DNA of 63,977 nucleotides, filler included, from Lama guanicoe (GCA_013239625.1; 98 parts of 98 records of this genome joined end to end with filler, not necessarily neighbours in it), one strand, 5' to 3'; counted from the whole stretch's first letter, positions 24,231-38,015 are shown. Numbers and translations are program-made. The notes: a model not told the origin generated them from the sequence alone.

Positions 24231-24330
24231 NNNNNNNNNNNNNNNNNNNNNNNNNNNNNNNNNNNNNNNNNNNNTTAATTAATTAANNNNNNNNNNNNNN
24301 NNNNNNNNNNNNNNNNNNNNNNNNNNNNNN

Positions 24331-24613
24331 TGTAAATTGGTGCAGCAACTGTGGAAAACAGCATGGAGTTTCCTCAAAAAACTGAAAGTAGAAGTAATAC
24401 ATGGTGGTGCAGCAATTCCACTCCTGGGTATGTGTCCAAAGAAAACAAAACAGCTAATTCCAGAAGACACATGCACCTCCATGTTTATAGCAGCATTACT
24501 TATGGGAGCCAAGACACAGGAGCTCTACAAACACCCCTCTACTCGTGACTGTGTGGAGAAGCCGTAACAGCAATGCAGTTCTGCCGTTTGCAGCAACATG
24601 AACGGACCTAGGG
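24331..24613 (+). mobile_element. LINE-1 ORF2 C-terminal remnant
   Basis: VQQLWKTAWSFLKKLK...AIPLLGMCPK...CTSMFIAAL matches the L1 ORF2 C-terminus. Confidence 0.9.
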
Positions 24614-25218
24614 NNNNNNNNNNNNNNNNNNNNNNNNNNNNNNNNNNNNNNNNNNNNTTAATTAATTAANNNNNNNNNNNNNNNNNNNNNNNNNNNNNNN
24701 NNNNNNNNNNNNNAGGAATAGTGATAATTTCTTCTTCAAGACAGCAGAACTAAAGCATGGAAAATATTACATGTAAAATTTTAAATGTCATTTCTTTCTA
24801 TACAAAATGAGTTGTTTTGATTTTAAATGTGACAAGAAAATCACTCAAGGTAGTAAGATTTAGGCTCGGAATCATTCTTAGAGCTTATAAACAACTGGCA
24901 GGAAGAGGCCTTGGTCATAGAGTGTCTGCTCTGCTCTGGTTTCAAATATGTTTATTTTCACTCTTTATTGAACTCTTGAGAGCCTCCTCAGAGAAAAGTA
25001 CCTTTATGTTCACATGTGAACCATAGTGGGGTATAGGTTTTCAGTAAATGTTAGTCACAATCCAAGTCGAATAAATCCTTCTAATTCTGTTTTCAGAGAC
25101 TTCACTGGTGGAATAGGANNNNNNNNNNNNNNNNNNNNNNNNNNNNNNNNNNNNNNNNNNNNTTAATTAATTAANNNNNNNNNNNNNNNNNNNNNNNNNN
25201 NNNNNNNNNNNNNNNNNN

Positions 25219-25490
25219 GGCTGAAGTTCAAGATTAGAGTGCCAGCAGGGCCAGGTTCTTACGAGAGCCCACTGCTGTTGTAGATGGTCATTTTCTTACT
25301 GTATCCTCACGTGGCGGAAAGCAAGCTAGCAAGCTCTCTGGGGTTACATTTTAAAGACCACTAATCCTATTCTGGAGGACTGTACCCTCTGGACCTAATC
25401 ACCTCTCAAAGGCCCTACCTCCTAATACCATCACACTGGAGGTTGGAATTTAAGCATATGAGTTTCGGGGAGATACAATAGTCCATTAAC
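25219..25490 (-). mobile_element. MaLR LTR (MLT1A-like)
   Basis: tcctcacgtggcggaa...cactaatcctatt...acctaatcacctctcaaaggccctacctcctaataccatcacac...catatgagtttcgggg. Confidence 0.85.
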
Positions 25491-26707
25491 ATTTTTTTTT
25501 CATATTCCAGATAAGTAGCAATTTGAAGTCAAATGATATTCATTTTGTAATCTTCTAATAATTGCAAATATTATAGATACTCAGTAAATACTATAAAATA
25601 TTCTGAAAGTAAAAGTGTAAAGAACTAGAAAAGGAAAGGTGTGAATAAAGGAGGGATAAAGGGAAAAAAGAAAGAATATTATATATATATATTCTATACA
25701 TATCAAAATATTCCTAGAACTACAAAGAGGTACATAAAATATCTTGTCTAANNNNNNNNNNNNNNNNNNNNNNNNNNNNNNNNNNNNNNNNNNNNTTAAT
25801 TAATTAANNNNNNNNNNNNNNNNNNNNNNNNNNNNNNNNNNNNNNNNNNNNCCCATCCTCCCCAGCCGGATCCTGCCATCCATGCCTGGCCTCAAAGTCA
25901 CCTCCTGTTGCCTGGCCCCAGTCTTCTGCACAAGGTCCGGTGAACTCAAAGCCCAGCTATCACGTCCAGGGCCTGAGGAGGGCAGTATGTGAGCACATGG
26001 GTCGGCCCTTGAACAGACACGCCGCCTGCTGTCAGGATCCTGCGCTCCACCCCAGCTGCTTCCTGCCCGGCAGCCGGGAGCGGGACACGCTGCAGCGCTG
26101 GGTTACAACCCCACACTGAGAAAAACGCTCGGGGCCGAGGGAGGGCGAGGAGGGGAGAGTGGGCATTCAGAAAGAAAGGGNNNNNNNNNNNNNNNNNNNN
26201 NNNNNNNNNNNNNNNNNNNNNNNNTTAATTAATTAANNNNNNNNNNNNNNNNNNNNNNNNNNNNNNNNNNNNNNNNNNNNGGGTAAGCCTCTGTGCATCA
26301 CAGTAGCCAAATGGGATCTGGCCTCTGAGGTTAATGGTACGTTTTGGTAATCAGGGTGCCCTCCTTCAAAATGTGTGAGAGGAGACATAGAGGGAATTAA
26401 GTGACCTATTTTTTGGTAGATATTTCTGGAAATAGTGCAATTTTAAAGTACAGCACAATACATGCATAAACAGAGTAAGAGGATTTGGGGTTAACTCCAG
26501 TGTTTAGGATGTCGGCCAGCTCCAAGCAAACCTGTCTTTTGTCTTTGTTCTGTTCACCATCCTCCCCTCAAAATCAAACACAGAACAGTTACATTTCCCT
26601 TAGAGTANNNNNNNNNNNNNNNNNNNNNNNNNNNNNNNNNNNNNNNNNNNNTTAATTAATTAANNNNNNNNNNNNNNNNNNNNNNNNNNNNNNNNNNNNN
26701 NNNNNNN

Positions 26708-26972
26708 ATATAATTAAGTTGGCCAGAGTCAATGGTAAAAAATGATCCTAAAGACAACAAGAGAATAGTAAAGTATGAGTTTCAAGGGAATCCCCATAAG
26801 GCTATCAGCTGATTTCTCTACACAAATACTGCAGCCCAGAAGGGAGTGGCAAGATATATTCAAAGTCTTGAATGTAAAAATTATATACAGTAGGATACTT
26901 TGACCAGCAATGCTATTCTTTTTGATAAATGTAGAAATAAAGGATTTCACAGACAAGAAAAAGCTTAAAGAG
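26708..26972 (+). mobile_element. LINE-1 ORF1 remnant
   Basis: Translates KGIPIRLSADFSTQILQPRREWQDIFKVL. Confidence 0.9.
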
Positions 26973-28454
26973 NNNNNNNNNNNNNNNNNNNNNNNNNNNN
27001 NNNNNNNNNNNNNNNNTTAATTAATTAANNNNNNNNNNNNNNNNNNNNNNNNNNNNNNNNNNNNNNNNNNNNTTGCCATCTTTATATCTAATAATTGCTA
27101 GCCAAATGCTAAAATGATTCAATGCTAAATATTTAAATATGCTAAATAATTACTAATTAATGGAAAATTTAAATAAGATCATCCCAGTAATAATCTGTTG
27201 AGACTGTAATCCTCTCCCTTTACTTTACCTTCAGTTTTAAGGAGCTTTCCTGTTCCGAAGTGATTTCTTTGACTAAGATCTTCCACTTACTTTGCAATAG
27301 CATTACAAGCTTAGTTTTTTTTCTGTATTTTTAACACGTTTCTTCTCAGACGTTGTTTCTGAAGGAGAATTATGGATCATCATAATTTTAGGAACGGAGA
27401 AATTTTGTCAAACTATATTTCCAGATGGCTCTACATTCTTTATTGATGGAGACTAGTGTTCAACAAACATTTCTATACGTTCGTGTTTGATACATTTATG
27501 TTTGATCACAAGCAAACAATTCCGCCCTCTGTTTTGGAAACTGAAGTGATAAGAATGTGCACTTACATTCCTCTTGTTGATACTTTATATAGCATACCTG
27601 CCTCAGGTCTCTTCCATTCATGATCCAAGCAGAAGACCCTGGGTCTCAGTTCATGCTTCGCCATCACCAGGGCTTAAATGGGGCCAAGCAACTTCGTGCA
27701 ACACCTGACTGGTCACTAAGGCCCACACTCCATGACAGAGAACATACACTCAGACCAGTAGAGCCCCCTCCCCATAGGAACAAGAGGGACAGAATCAATG
27801 GTCTAAGATCACGCCACCCCTGGNNNNNNNNNNNNNNNNNNNNNNNNNNNNNNNNNNNNNNNNNNNNTTAATTAATTAANNNNNNNNNNNNNNNNNNNNN
27901 NNNNNNNNNNNNNNNNNNNNNNNTTTTCAATACTTGCTCTGGAGAGTGTTTTGCAGTCTAGTTGTCTGAAAGGTTATCTTTAGGGCCTTCAACCTCTGTG
28001 GAACTGAAAATGGTATTTCCTTTTCCTTTTACTGTATTTCTTCATCTCTACTGGTCAGGTAATTTCAGGTATCTAATGTAGACTTCTAGGGCTTGGTTAA
28101 TTGAAAATTTTAGACCCTTGGTTCTAAACAATTGCAAGGTATTTCTGTCAGGACAAATTTTCCTAGACATTGAAGCCATGTCCTGTTCCTCTGTGTGTTG
28201 TCTGGTCTATCTCCAATTGCTGTTGTTGCCTCTGTTGTGATGAACACCGCATACTGCTACATTCATAACCAGGGCTGTGATTATGGTTTGGTTTGAGGCT
28301 CAGGTTGTGCAACAGCTCTGTGGTTGCCTTCGTGCACCCATGCCACAAGGATGANNNNNNNNNNNNNNNNNNNNNNNNNNNNNNNNNNNNNNNNNNNNTT
28401 AATTAATTAANNNNNNNNNNNNNNNNNNNNNNNNNNNNNNNNNNNNNNNNNNNN

Positions 28455-28680
28455 TGATATGCTGGCACTTTACACTTGTAAATTCTATTCCTCATGACAA
28501 GGCTTAAAGAGATATTTTTAGCCTCCCTCCTCCCTTTTTTTGTTTTGTTTTTTGTTTGTTTTGCAGATGAGGATAGAGGAGATCATGGAGTTAAATCACT
28601 CTTCCAAACCCAACAAGGAAAGGGACCAGAATTTGAACCCATGTCTAATTCTGCAGCCCATGTTTTCCTCTGCATTCCAC
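28455..28680 (-). mobile_element. MIR SINE
   Basis: ttttgcagatgaggatagagg...gagttaaatcactt...agaatttgaacccatgtctaattc. Confidence 0.7.
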
Positions 28681-29499
28681 TTTGAAACATCTTAAAGGCA
28701 GAGTCCTAACTCATCTCTGTATTCTCCCATACCAGAACCTAGGAGGCGTTCAATACATCCTTCCAAAGTAAATACAAAATCACCATTCCGCTATTTCCTT
28801 TCCTCCTTCCACCTCCCTTGATTCCCTAGATGCACAGAGTCGCAGCAAGGCTGGAAAATCTTTGGGTGGTTGATTTTTGAATTGCGACTGGCCCCAGCTA
28901 TGAAATAGTAACGCTGCTTTGGGACAAATAAGTTTAAGTCTTTGATTTTCTAAATGTATCGANNNNNNNNNNNNNNNNNNNNNNNNNNNNNNNNNNNNNN
29001 NNNNNNTTAATTAATTAANNNNNNNNNNNNNNNNNNNNNNNNNNNNNNNNNNNNNNNNNNNNTGGAAAAAAATCAAATAGCCAATATTAATGGTAGAATG
29101 ATAGAAATAAAGAAAAAAAACCTTTTGGCATGATTGAGGTAGGTTTTAGCCTCCGTCTGACTCAGTTATGAAAATTAAAATTAAAGAAGTCATTTGAAAT
29201 GCTGGATATGTGTCATGAAACTATATCATGAACAAAAAATAGGCAGGATTGCGCGCTGCTCTTTCTTCCCCATGACAGCCCTTCCTATTGCCTCTACTCA
29301 TGCGGTTTCTTCGGACATTTGCACTTATGGTATGTGCGTATTTTCAGGAAGGAACAGCACATAGAGTGGAGTTGAGCTCTTAATAAATGTTTATTGAATN
29401 NNNNNNNNNNNNNNNNNNNNNNNNNNNNNNNNNNNNNNNNNNNTTAATTAATTAANNNNNNNNNNNNNNNNNNNNNNNNNNNNNNNNNNNNNNNNNNNN

Positions 29500-29788
29500 T
29501 TGGCCCCATTTTCATGAATTAACTGACCACAGCCATGTGGGTTTATCTCTGGACTCTATGCTGTTTCTCTCATTCGTGTGTCTGTGTTTGTGCCAGTTCC
29601 TCACTGTTGTGGTTACTACAGCTCCGTGATACAGTTTGCTGCTAGGGAGGGAGATGCCTCCAGTTATGTCCTCCTTTCTCAGAACTTCTTTGGTTGTTCA
29701 GTATCCTTAATTGTCCTATATTAATAACAGGGTTGTTACTTCTATTTCAATGAAACATATCATTGAACATTACGTTGTTGTTGCAGTG
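29500..29788 (-). mobile_element. LINE-1 ORF2 remnant
   Basis: gtgggtttatctctggactctat...tgtgccagt...gatgcctccagtt resembles antisense L1. Confidence 0.75.
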
Positions 29789-29888
29789 NNNNNNNNNNNN
29801 NNNNNNNNNNNNNNNNNNNNNNNNNNNNNNNNTTAATTAATTAANNNNNNNNNNNNNNNNNNNNNNNNNNNNNNNNNNNNNNNNNNNN

Positions 29889-30253
29889 GTGCCCACCCGG
29901 CAGCCGCCGTCCTCGGGCAGCACGGGTCCCACCCCGGGCCGCGGGGGCCGCTCCGGGCGGGAGCCCCGGCCCCGCCGCGCCGTCCGCCCGAGCCGCCACC
30001 GCGCCGCACCCCCTCGGGCTGGCCCACGGCTGCCCCTGCTCACACGGGAGCCCAGGAGGGCCTGAGCACCCTGGGCGCGGGAAACGATGGGGGTCGGGGG
30101 GCAGGGTGGAGGCCCTGAGACCACCCCGCTGGATGCCCGCTGGCGGGGCGCCCAGCATCCCCCCCGCGGCGGCGGCGGCGGCGGCGCTGCTGCTGCTGCT
30201 CACGGGCGGGCGGGGCCGCTGCGGCGGCCGGCGAGCGGGAAGCCGGGGCCGGG
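29889..30253. promoter_or_regulatory. CpG-island fragment (probable promoter/first exon) with (GCG)7(CTG)4
   Basis: Very high GC and dense CpG, with GGGCGG boxes; trinucleotide run at 30166-30198. Confidence 0.75.
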
Positions 30254-31969
30254 NNNNNNNNNNNNNNNNNNNNNNNNNNNNNNNNNNNNNNNNNNNNTTA
30301 ATTAATTAANNNNNNNNNNNNNNNNNNNNNNNNNNNNNNNNNNNNNNNNNNNNTAGATATTTAAAAAATGTCCAAAAGTTTTATCTTTAGCCTGATCACT
30401 TACGTTCGAAATATTTTTTTCTGTCATCAGGCAACCCTTCCCAGCCCACTTCTCTCCACTACATAAATCCTCATCAACTGCGTGCCTGTGGAGTGGCACT
30501 GACAGCAGTGGGGGAAAACGTTCAAGATTATGACAGTGATAAAATGTTCCCAGCTGCAGGTTTTGGTGCAAAACTGCCTCCAGATGGAAGGAGAGCTCAA
30601 GAGTTTGCTTTGGTAAGAATACATGGCAAGGATTGATAATTTGAAAAAAAATTATGTTGGATCTTTTCGTTCGTTTGCTGCTTATGTTGCGATCACTCAT
30701 GTTGCAAGTTCTTGTGACTATACAGTCAGCTCAGCTTTGGTAAATGAGTGGTTTAGGCATGTGTGATTAATGGGGGAAATGACAGTTTCATAGATTCATA
30801 GTAAATCTATTATGTGCCTCTGATTTATAAATAGGGGCTCTTTTCTTGTTATCTATTTCNNNNNNNNNNNNNNNNNNNNNNNNNNNNNNNNNNNNNNNNN
30901 NNNTTAATTAATTAANNNNNNNNNNNNNNNNNNNNNNNNNNNNNNNNNNNNNNNNNNNNCCTAAATGTCCTCCCTGCCATCCCACCACTTCTTTCTTTTT
31001 GAGAACTCAGCACTCCCCACACACCATCCTGAATGCAGGTGCCTTGCTGGCTGGGACAGAGATGTTTCAGTCTCAAACATCCTGAGTCCTTTCTCTTTCC
31101 ACTTTCTAACTTAAAAAGGCCTTCCTGTGTCTCCCACCGCTCTGATTCTGAACGTCAAAAAATGCTCAGGTTACATTCACTCTGTGAATACCTCCCAGGT
31201 TTTGGCTAGGTTTCCTTCCCAAGATCTTCATTAAGGAGCTGCATCAAGAAGTTTAAAGGGGCTATTCTTACATTTGAGTGGAGGAGCCTGCAAGAAATTT
31301 AAATGGCTTTGAAGAGAGAGTTAACCAGGGACAGAGAGGTCGCAGGTCCTAGTCAACACTGTCATGAGGTAAAATGTTCTTCAAAGGCTCAGAGTGGCTT
31401 CTGAACATGGGGTCCTCAGGGAGGAGGTGACAGGCAGTGAGTGGGGTGAGTGACACAGGGTACGGTCCCCCAGCAGGGGAAGAATTGGTTATTTTCTAGT
31501 TTTGCAATTTCTTACTAACTTTTTCTCTTATTGTCACATACCATTTCCTACGAATTAAGCATATCAATGTCAGTCATTTGGGCCACTTGGGAGAAGATAC
31601 ACGATGCCATTCACAAGGCTGGGACATGACAGCCACACCAGTGTAGGTTGAAAGACCAGTGGGGGTATATCCATGGAAATCACGGGCATGCAGCAAACTC
31701 CCCAGATTCAATGACCTCCTCTCAAANNNNNNNNNNNNNNNNNNNNNNNNNNNNNNNNNNNNNNNNNNNNTTAATTAATTAANNNNNNNNNNNNNNNNNN
31801 NNNNNNNNNNNNNNNNNNNNNNNNNNCAGTGACTCCCATGAAATGAGATCAAATTTCCTTCTACCCAATTAAGCACGGGCATTTACAGCGTCCTTGTCAC
31901 CTGCTGCACTGACTCCTGTTAGGGGAGATTATTTGATAATGAAAGGACAGGGGGCTTCTAGGTGTTTAG

Positions 31970-32160
31970 GGGCAAAGAACTAGGGGCTTTAGAGTCAGAC
32001 AGACCGTTTTGAGTCTCAGCTCAGCCACATCCTCGGGCAGATTCACCTCACCTTCCAAACCCCATCTCCTCATTTCTCAAGTGGGAGATGGTGCCTCTCT
32101 CTTGAGTATAAATTAAAGAACACAGATACGATAGCGCAGCACCTAGGACACTGCAGACGC
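31970..32160 (+). mobile_element. MIR SINE
   Basis: ggctttagagtcagacagacc...tctcagctcagccac...gggcagattcacctcacctt. Confidence 0.7.
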
Positions 32161-33438
32161 TCCCACCATGGCTGCTGCTGTTACTGACTCAGTGCAGAAG
32201 GAAGATAAAGCAGAGATGGTCTTGGGAGAGCCGCTCCCTGCCTCCTTGTCCCTTTGGAAAATTCCTTGATGGGCTGCTTAGCCAGTTTGATAATCTCTTA
32301 TTCTTCTGATAAAGTAAAGCTTGACAGCAGAAAGATGTATCATCAAAGGGAAAAAGGAAAAGGNNNNNNNNNNNNNNNNNNNNNNNNNNNNNNNNNNNNN
32401 NNNNNNNTTAATTAATTAANNNNNNNNNNNNNNNNNNNNNNNNNNNNNNNNNNNNNNNNNNNNACTCCTTTCACACCCATGTCTGCCCTCTCACACATAT
32501 CTCCTAAAAAAAAAATTACATATTTATTAACATTTTGTCCACCCTATCCATAGTGCAACAATATGACCTTGAAAGAGCTGCCCAGTTTGATTCTATATTT
32601 CTCAGCCTTTGGGTGTCAGTGGATCAGATGCAGTGTTATTGCCAATGAGACGAAAGATGATGTGAAATGAAACATTTCTAGGTTAAGGCACTTAATGATG
32701 TGTGATTTCACCTTGCTCTCTTTCTTGACAGATTGCTTGTGATGACAGTGGTGGATGAGATGTGACATAGAAGTAGCCTGTTTCCTCCGATCTTTTTGTA
32801 ACTGAAAAACAACTACTGGCCAGGAACATCAGAAAGAAATAATCTTCCACTGATGTTTTCTTCATTGCAGAAACTAGGACTACACTAACTAACATAGAAA
32901 TTGGTAATTTGAAAGGACATTGTCTGAAAAAAAATAACTTAAATTTGAGTGGCAATGGGTAGGTAGTTGAGAGGCAGGCAGCCAGGAATTAGGTGGTGCT
33001 ACTGGGAATGATGAAGTAGACCTGTCGCCTCCATTACTCTGGAAGGTGGAACCAGTACCTGTTGAGTCTGTATCTTTGTGGTGGTGATTGGAAAGCCAGC
33101 ATGTTAGTGTACATTGTTTGCTCTTTACTACTGATAGCACATTATTATGTGGAACAGATTAGTTCAGATGGCATTTATTTACTTTGCTAGAAAAGACTGA
33201 AAGGAAATAGACTGCAGGATTTTAAGGACTCAGGTTTTCCAACCATGAGGATCTCTTTGTACTCTATAGCAGGAAGGAATACTGAAATAGTTCTAAGCTG
33301 TAAGTTCCACTAAAATGTATCAATTATAAAAAAGGGATNNNNNNNNNNNNNNNNNNNNNNNNNNNNNNNNNNNNNNNNNNNNTTAATTAATTAANNNNNN
33401 NNNNNNNNNNNNNNNNNNNNNNNNNNNNNNNNNNNNNN

Positions 33439-33654
33439 CACCCACCACCACCTCCACAGTGACCCCAACCCCAACACTCACCACCTCAACAGAGCCTCCC
33501 ACTTCGACCTCCACCACCACGGAGACCTCAACTCTCAGCACAACCACCCCGACGGAGACCCTGATCACCTCCCCCCTCAGCACCTCCATAACAGGCCCTA
33601 GTACCCCCAGCATAGAGAAATGCTGCGAGTTGAATGGAGAATTCTACAGCCCAG
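33439..33654 (+). CDS. MUC2: Mucin-2, 3' end of the large PTS exon (partial)
   Basis: PTTTSTVTPTPTLTTST...CCELNGEFYSP(G) vs human MUC2 CCVLNDTYYAPG; phase-1 GT donor at 33655. Confidence 0.9.
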
Positions 33655-33873
33655 GTGTGTGTCCAGGCTTGTCTCCCTGAACTCCCAGGTTGTGGCTGTA
33701 TGTGTCGTGCTTGTGGTCAGGGTAGCGTCCTGGCGAAGCCGGCCCCTCATGCTGCAGCTTGGCTGTTGGGAAAGTGAGGCGTGGGCTGCCCTCTCGCGGC
33801 CACCTGGCGACCCACCTGTGTCGTCTCGTGGCCGCCCTATGTGGATTGTGTAGGACTGGTGTCTCCCTTGCAG

Positions 33874-34088
33874 GCGAAGTGACCTACAACGTCACCGAAG
33901 GAGGCATGTGCCGTTACGCGTACTGCTCAAAGTCTTGCGAACTTGAGTTCTACAACTGGTCGTGCCCATCAACACCCTCTACAACACTCAGCCCACTCCC
34001 TACCACCACGGCCCCGTCATCCACAGCCTCAAGCGTGTCCACCACCACCCACCCTCCCGGGTGCCTGGACTTCAACCCTCCCAGAAAG
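33874..34088 (+). CDS. MUC2: Mucin-2, next exon (complete)
   Basis: Acceptor tcccttgcag; (G)EVTYNVTEGGMCRYAYCSKSCELEFYNWSCPSTPS...PPGCLDFNPPRK vs human CSLSCTLEFYNWSCPSTPS...PPECPDFDPPRQ; phase joins G+GC=Gly; GT donor at 34089. Confidence 0.93.
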
Positions 34089-34346
34089 GTCTGTGGGTTC
34101 TGTGCAGCTTTCTCCCCAAGCACCGGGCGCATGCCCCCACTACCAGGTCTTGCAAAGCCCCAGGCGCTGCCTTTCTGCTGGTCACACAGGGCACCCAGCC
34201 CCCTGTGCCCCGCACCACCTGCAGTCAGGGCACAGGGTCTGCAGGANNNNNNNNNNNNNNNNNNNNNNNNNNNNNNNNNNNNNNNNNNNNTTAATTAATT
34301 AANNNNNNNNNNNNNNNNNNNNNNNNNNNNNNNNNNNNNNNNNNNN

Positions 34347-34570
34347 TTTAGATTCCACATGTAAGTGAAATCACGTGGGAGTTGTCTCTCTCTCTATGAC
34401 TTATTTCACTTAGCATAATAACCTTGATATCCATCTATGTTGTCAAAAATGGCAAGGTTTTATTCTTTTTTATGGCTGAGTAGTGTTCCGCTGTGTATAT
34501 AAACAACATCTTTATCCATTTGTCCATTGATGGGTATTTAGGTTGCTTGACTATTGTAAATAATGCTGCA
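34347..34570 (-). mobile_element. LINE-1 3' fragment
   Basis: ttagattccacatgtaagtgaaatca...tttatggctgagtagtgttcc...ctattgtaaataatgctgc. Confidence 0.85.
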
Positions 34571-37500
34571 CTGAGAAAGCTTGGTACTATTAATGCTACA
34601 ATTTTGAATCTAAAACATGAGTCAGTGAGATAACTTGACTATGTTTCATAGCTAAGGCATTACCAGTTGTCCACTTCTTTGGTTTATTCAGAAATACATG
34701 CCATTGATATTCAATGGAGTGCTGTTTGCAAAATATTGGAAACAATCTAAAGATCCAACAACAGAGACCTGGTTAAATAAAAGACAGCATATCCATAAAT
34801 GGAATATTATATAGTCGTTAAAAAGAACAACACAATGCTTATATGTTCCATATAAGATATATTGTTAAGGGGAAAAAAGTGATATATGAGTGGAAAAAAC
34901 CCTACATNNNNNNNNNNNNNNNNNNNNNNNNNNNNNNNNNNNNNNNNNNNNTTAATTAATTAANNNNNNNNNNNNNNNNNNNNNNNNNNNNNNNNNNNNN
35001 NNNNNNNGCGGGCGGTGGTGGGAACCGTGCACTGAGGGGAAAGCCAGGGCTGAGTAGCAGTTTCCAGCGCGTAAAGGTCTGCGCTGGGCTTTGGCTGCGG
35101 GAGAAGCAGTGCCGCCCTTCCCGTGCCAGGGAAATGCCCAGCCCGGGCGCAGGGGCAGCTCATGAGCAGCTGGTTGTGTCCTCCGGAGCCATCGCCGTTG
35201 TCACCACTTGGACAATGGCCGCACACAGCGTTTGAGGAGAGGCGGACGACTGCAGGCAATGGGAGGGTGTCCACTCTTCAGACTGAGCCTGGGGTGCAGC
35301 CTGTTGAGCTGAGAAGTGGGGTGCAGACCGCTCTGCAGAGCAGGGACGTGTGGGATGTGGCCATGAATCCAGCACAGCGTGGGTGACAAGGCCACTTCCA
35401 AAGCCCCCAGGCCCACAGGGTAATCCTGGGTCAGTGTGTGTGAGGGGGACCTGAGGGGGCTGGACATGTCCCAGGAGGAAGGCAGAGCTGATGGGCACCC
35501 TACATCCTGGGGTCCAGGCTGGGGAGCAGCCCCTTGGTCTGAAAGCAAACAGCATACATCTGTTTAGCCAAGGAATGTCCCCTGGGAATAGTCTCCCAGT
35601 GACCCTCTGTGTCTGGGGTACCGCGTGCTGAAGGGAGGTTACGTGGAGGGACCGGGTTTTGTCCTGGATGGGTGATGGGCCTTCTCCAGCAGTGCGGCCT
35701 GTGGGATAGCCCCCTGGGATGTCCCCAGGCTCTCAGACTCCTGGGGGCCAGACTGAGCTCTCCTCACCCCCAGCATCCAGTTCTCCACTTCCCTCCACCC
35801 CTTGTCCGCACGCGCAGGCATCTCCTCTCTCCCTGCTGCCTTAAATCCCTCACTCCTTGCCTGTCCTACTGGCTTCTCCCCTCTTCTCTGCCAGCTNNNN
35901 NNNNNNNNNNNNNNNNNNNNNNNNNNNNNNNNNNNNNNNNTTAATTAATTAANNNNNNNNNNNNNNNNNNNNNNNNNNNNNNNNNNNNNNNNNNNNTCAA
36001 AAATTCTCTACATTTATATACTTTTCTTACAGTTTAGGACACAATTTGGCAAAAGACAGACAGAATTTAATGGGAGTAAATACAGTATTTTGTTTAAGTG
36101 TCTATGCATTATGGATAGATAGGTTATTGATGAGTTGGTTCCCTATTTTTGTAGATGCAGAAGTTTTTATTGCTTCACAGACATTTCCGTCTTGCGGAGA
36201 GGAAAATTTCTTTGCATTTGCTGAACTTGTCCGGGTGGCTTTATTGAATTTGGTCCAGGCCTCCAGAGGTGAATACACATCCAAACCTGAACCATTTGAA
36301 TGTGTGCAAGATTTTAAGGGTCTAGAATGTCAGATCTGGACTATAACTCTGGTAAATGGCATCAGTGTCTGGTCTCAAGAAAACTCCATTTGAGGGCAAA
36401 ACATTTATAAGCCAAAAAAGGCTTTGAAATTGTGACAAAGCCAGAGACTTTTGTGTGCCGTATATGGCCACAAACCCANNNNNNNNNNNNNNNNNNNNNN
36501 NNNNNNNNNNNNNNNNNNNNNNTTAATTAATTAANNNNNNNNNNNNNNNNNNNNNNNNNNNNNNNNNNNNNNNNNNNNGTATACAGGCCTGGTCCGGTGT
36601 CTTAGGTCAGCTGTGTACCTCAGATGTTGTCTTCTTCTCATCCTGGCCTGGTTGCTTTTTCTCCAATTGGGCATTGCTTAAAGGTGAGCAGTGCTCTATT
36701 GGCCATTACACTGCAGGGGATGTTTCTTATAAGAAATGATTCTGAATGTCCATTTCCTTCAGTTTTGGTGTGTATGGTCTAGTTAAGAGTCCCTGATAAA
36801 GNNNNNNNNNNNNNNNNNNNNNNNNNNNNNNNNNNNNNNNNNNNNTTAATTAATTAANNNNNNNNNNNNNNNNNNNNNNNNNNNNNNNNNNNNNNNNNNN
36901 NTTTTTTTTAACTCCAATTTAATGAATTAAAAGTGAAGCAAACTAGAAAATGAAAATGATGAGAAATGAAGGTGAAGTTTCCTTGGATACCTTCATAGGG
37001 AGGCTTAGAAGGAACAACGTAGGCATAATAATTCTGTTGCTCACATGACCTACGACATTCTCCTAAAATCCTACAACTATCTGATGAAGGGGTCTCACAT
37101 TTCTCTTACCAGTAATTATTTTAACAAGTTTTATTTCTTAAGTTTAAGAACTTCATAATAGGTTAGAAAGATTTCTTTAATCAGTTGCTTAATTTCCAGT
37201 CTGAATGCATCCTGATATTTCCTAAGATTGCTTTGTTTAAAACACTTTTTGAATCAATAGACCAATATTTATTGAGGAATGACTAGAGACCAGATCAGAT
37301 CCAAAGGAGCAATCTACACAGATAAGACCCTTCCTCCCTGGACTGGGTGAGCAAGGCTGGCTCACGCAGCTGGTTTAGCCAGAGCATCTCTGGCTGGTAA
37401 AATTGAATTGAGTGCTGCATTGAAGAGTATGAATAAGAGAATTGCAGGTGGAAGAAACAGGATNNNNNNNNNNNNNNNNNNNNNNNNNNNNNNNNNNNNN

Positions 37501-38015
37501 NNNNNNNTTAATTAATTAANNNNNNNNNNNNNNNNNNNNNNNNNNNNNNNNNNNNNNNNNNNNGAATTTGAAAATTGCATCTCTTGGGGAGCGATGGGAA
37601 TGTCAGCTGTCCCGACCGTGGTGGTGGTTCATGGGTGTGTACATCTATCACAGTCCATCAAATTGTATATGTGAAATATGTCTCATTTACTGTACAGGAC
37701 TCATGGCACAATAAAGCTATTTAAAATACGGAAATAAACTTGAAAAAAAAAGAGCGGCAGCTGACGGCGCTGCGGGAGCTGAGGTCCGGTGCTGAGACGG
37801 TGCAGGTTGTCAGAGCAACCCAGGCCTGACGAGAACTGTGATGTGCGCATGCTCTGTCCCTGGACATGGAGGTGCCACATGTGCTCATCCTTCTTGCTGA
37901 GCTGGATCAAGAGCTNNNNNNNNNNNNNNNNNNNNNNNNNNNNNNNNNNNNNNNNNNNNTTAATTAATTAANNNNNNNNNNNNNNNNNNNNNNNNNNNNN
38001 NNNNNNNNNNNNNNN

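Noticed and set aside
32715..32765. Possible terminal exon after the acceptor tctttcttgacag
   Set aside because: All frames stop within about 11 codons and no protein is recognised.
35997..36478. 115-aa ORF / possible ERV internal sequence
   Set aside because: Non-ATG start, no recognisable domain, and only a vague ERV resemblance.
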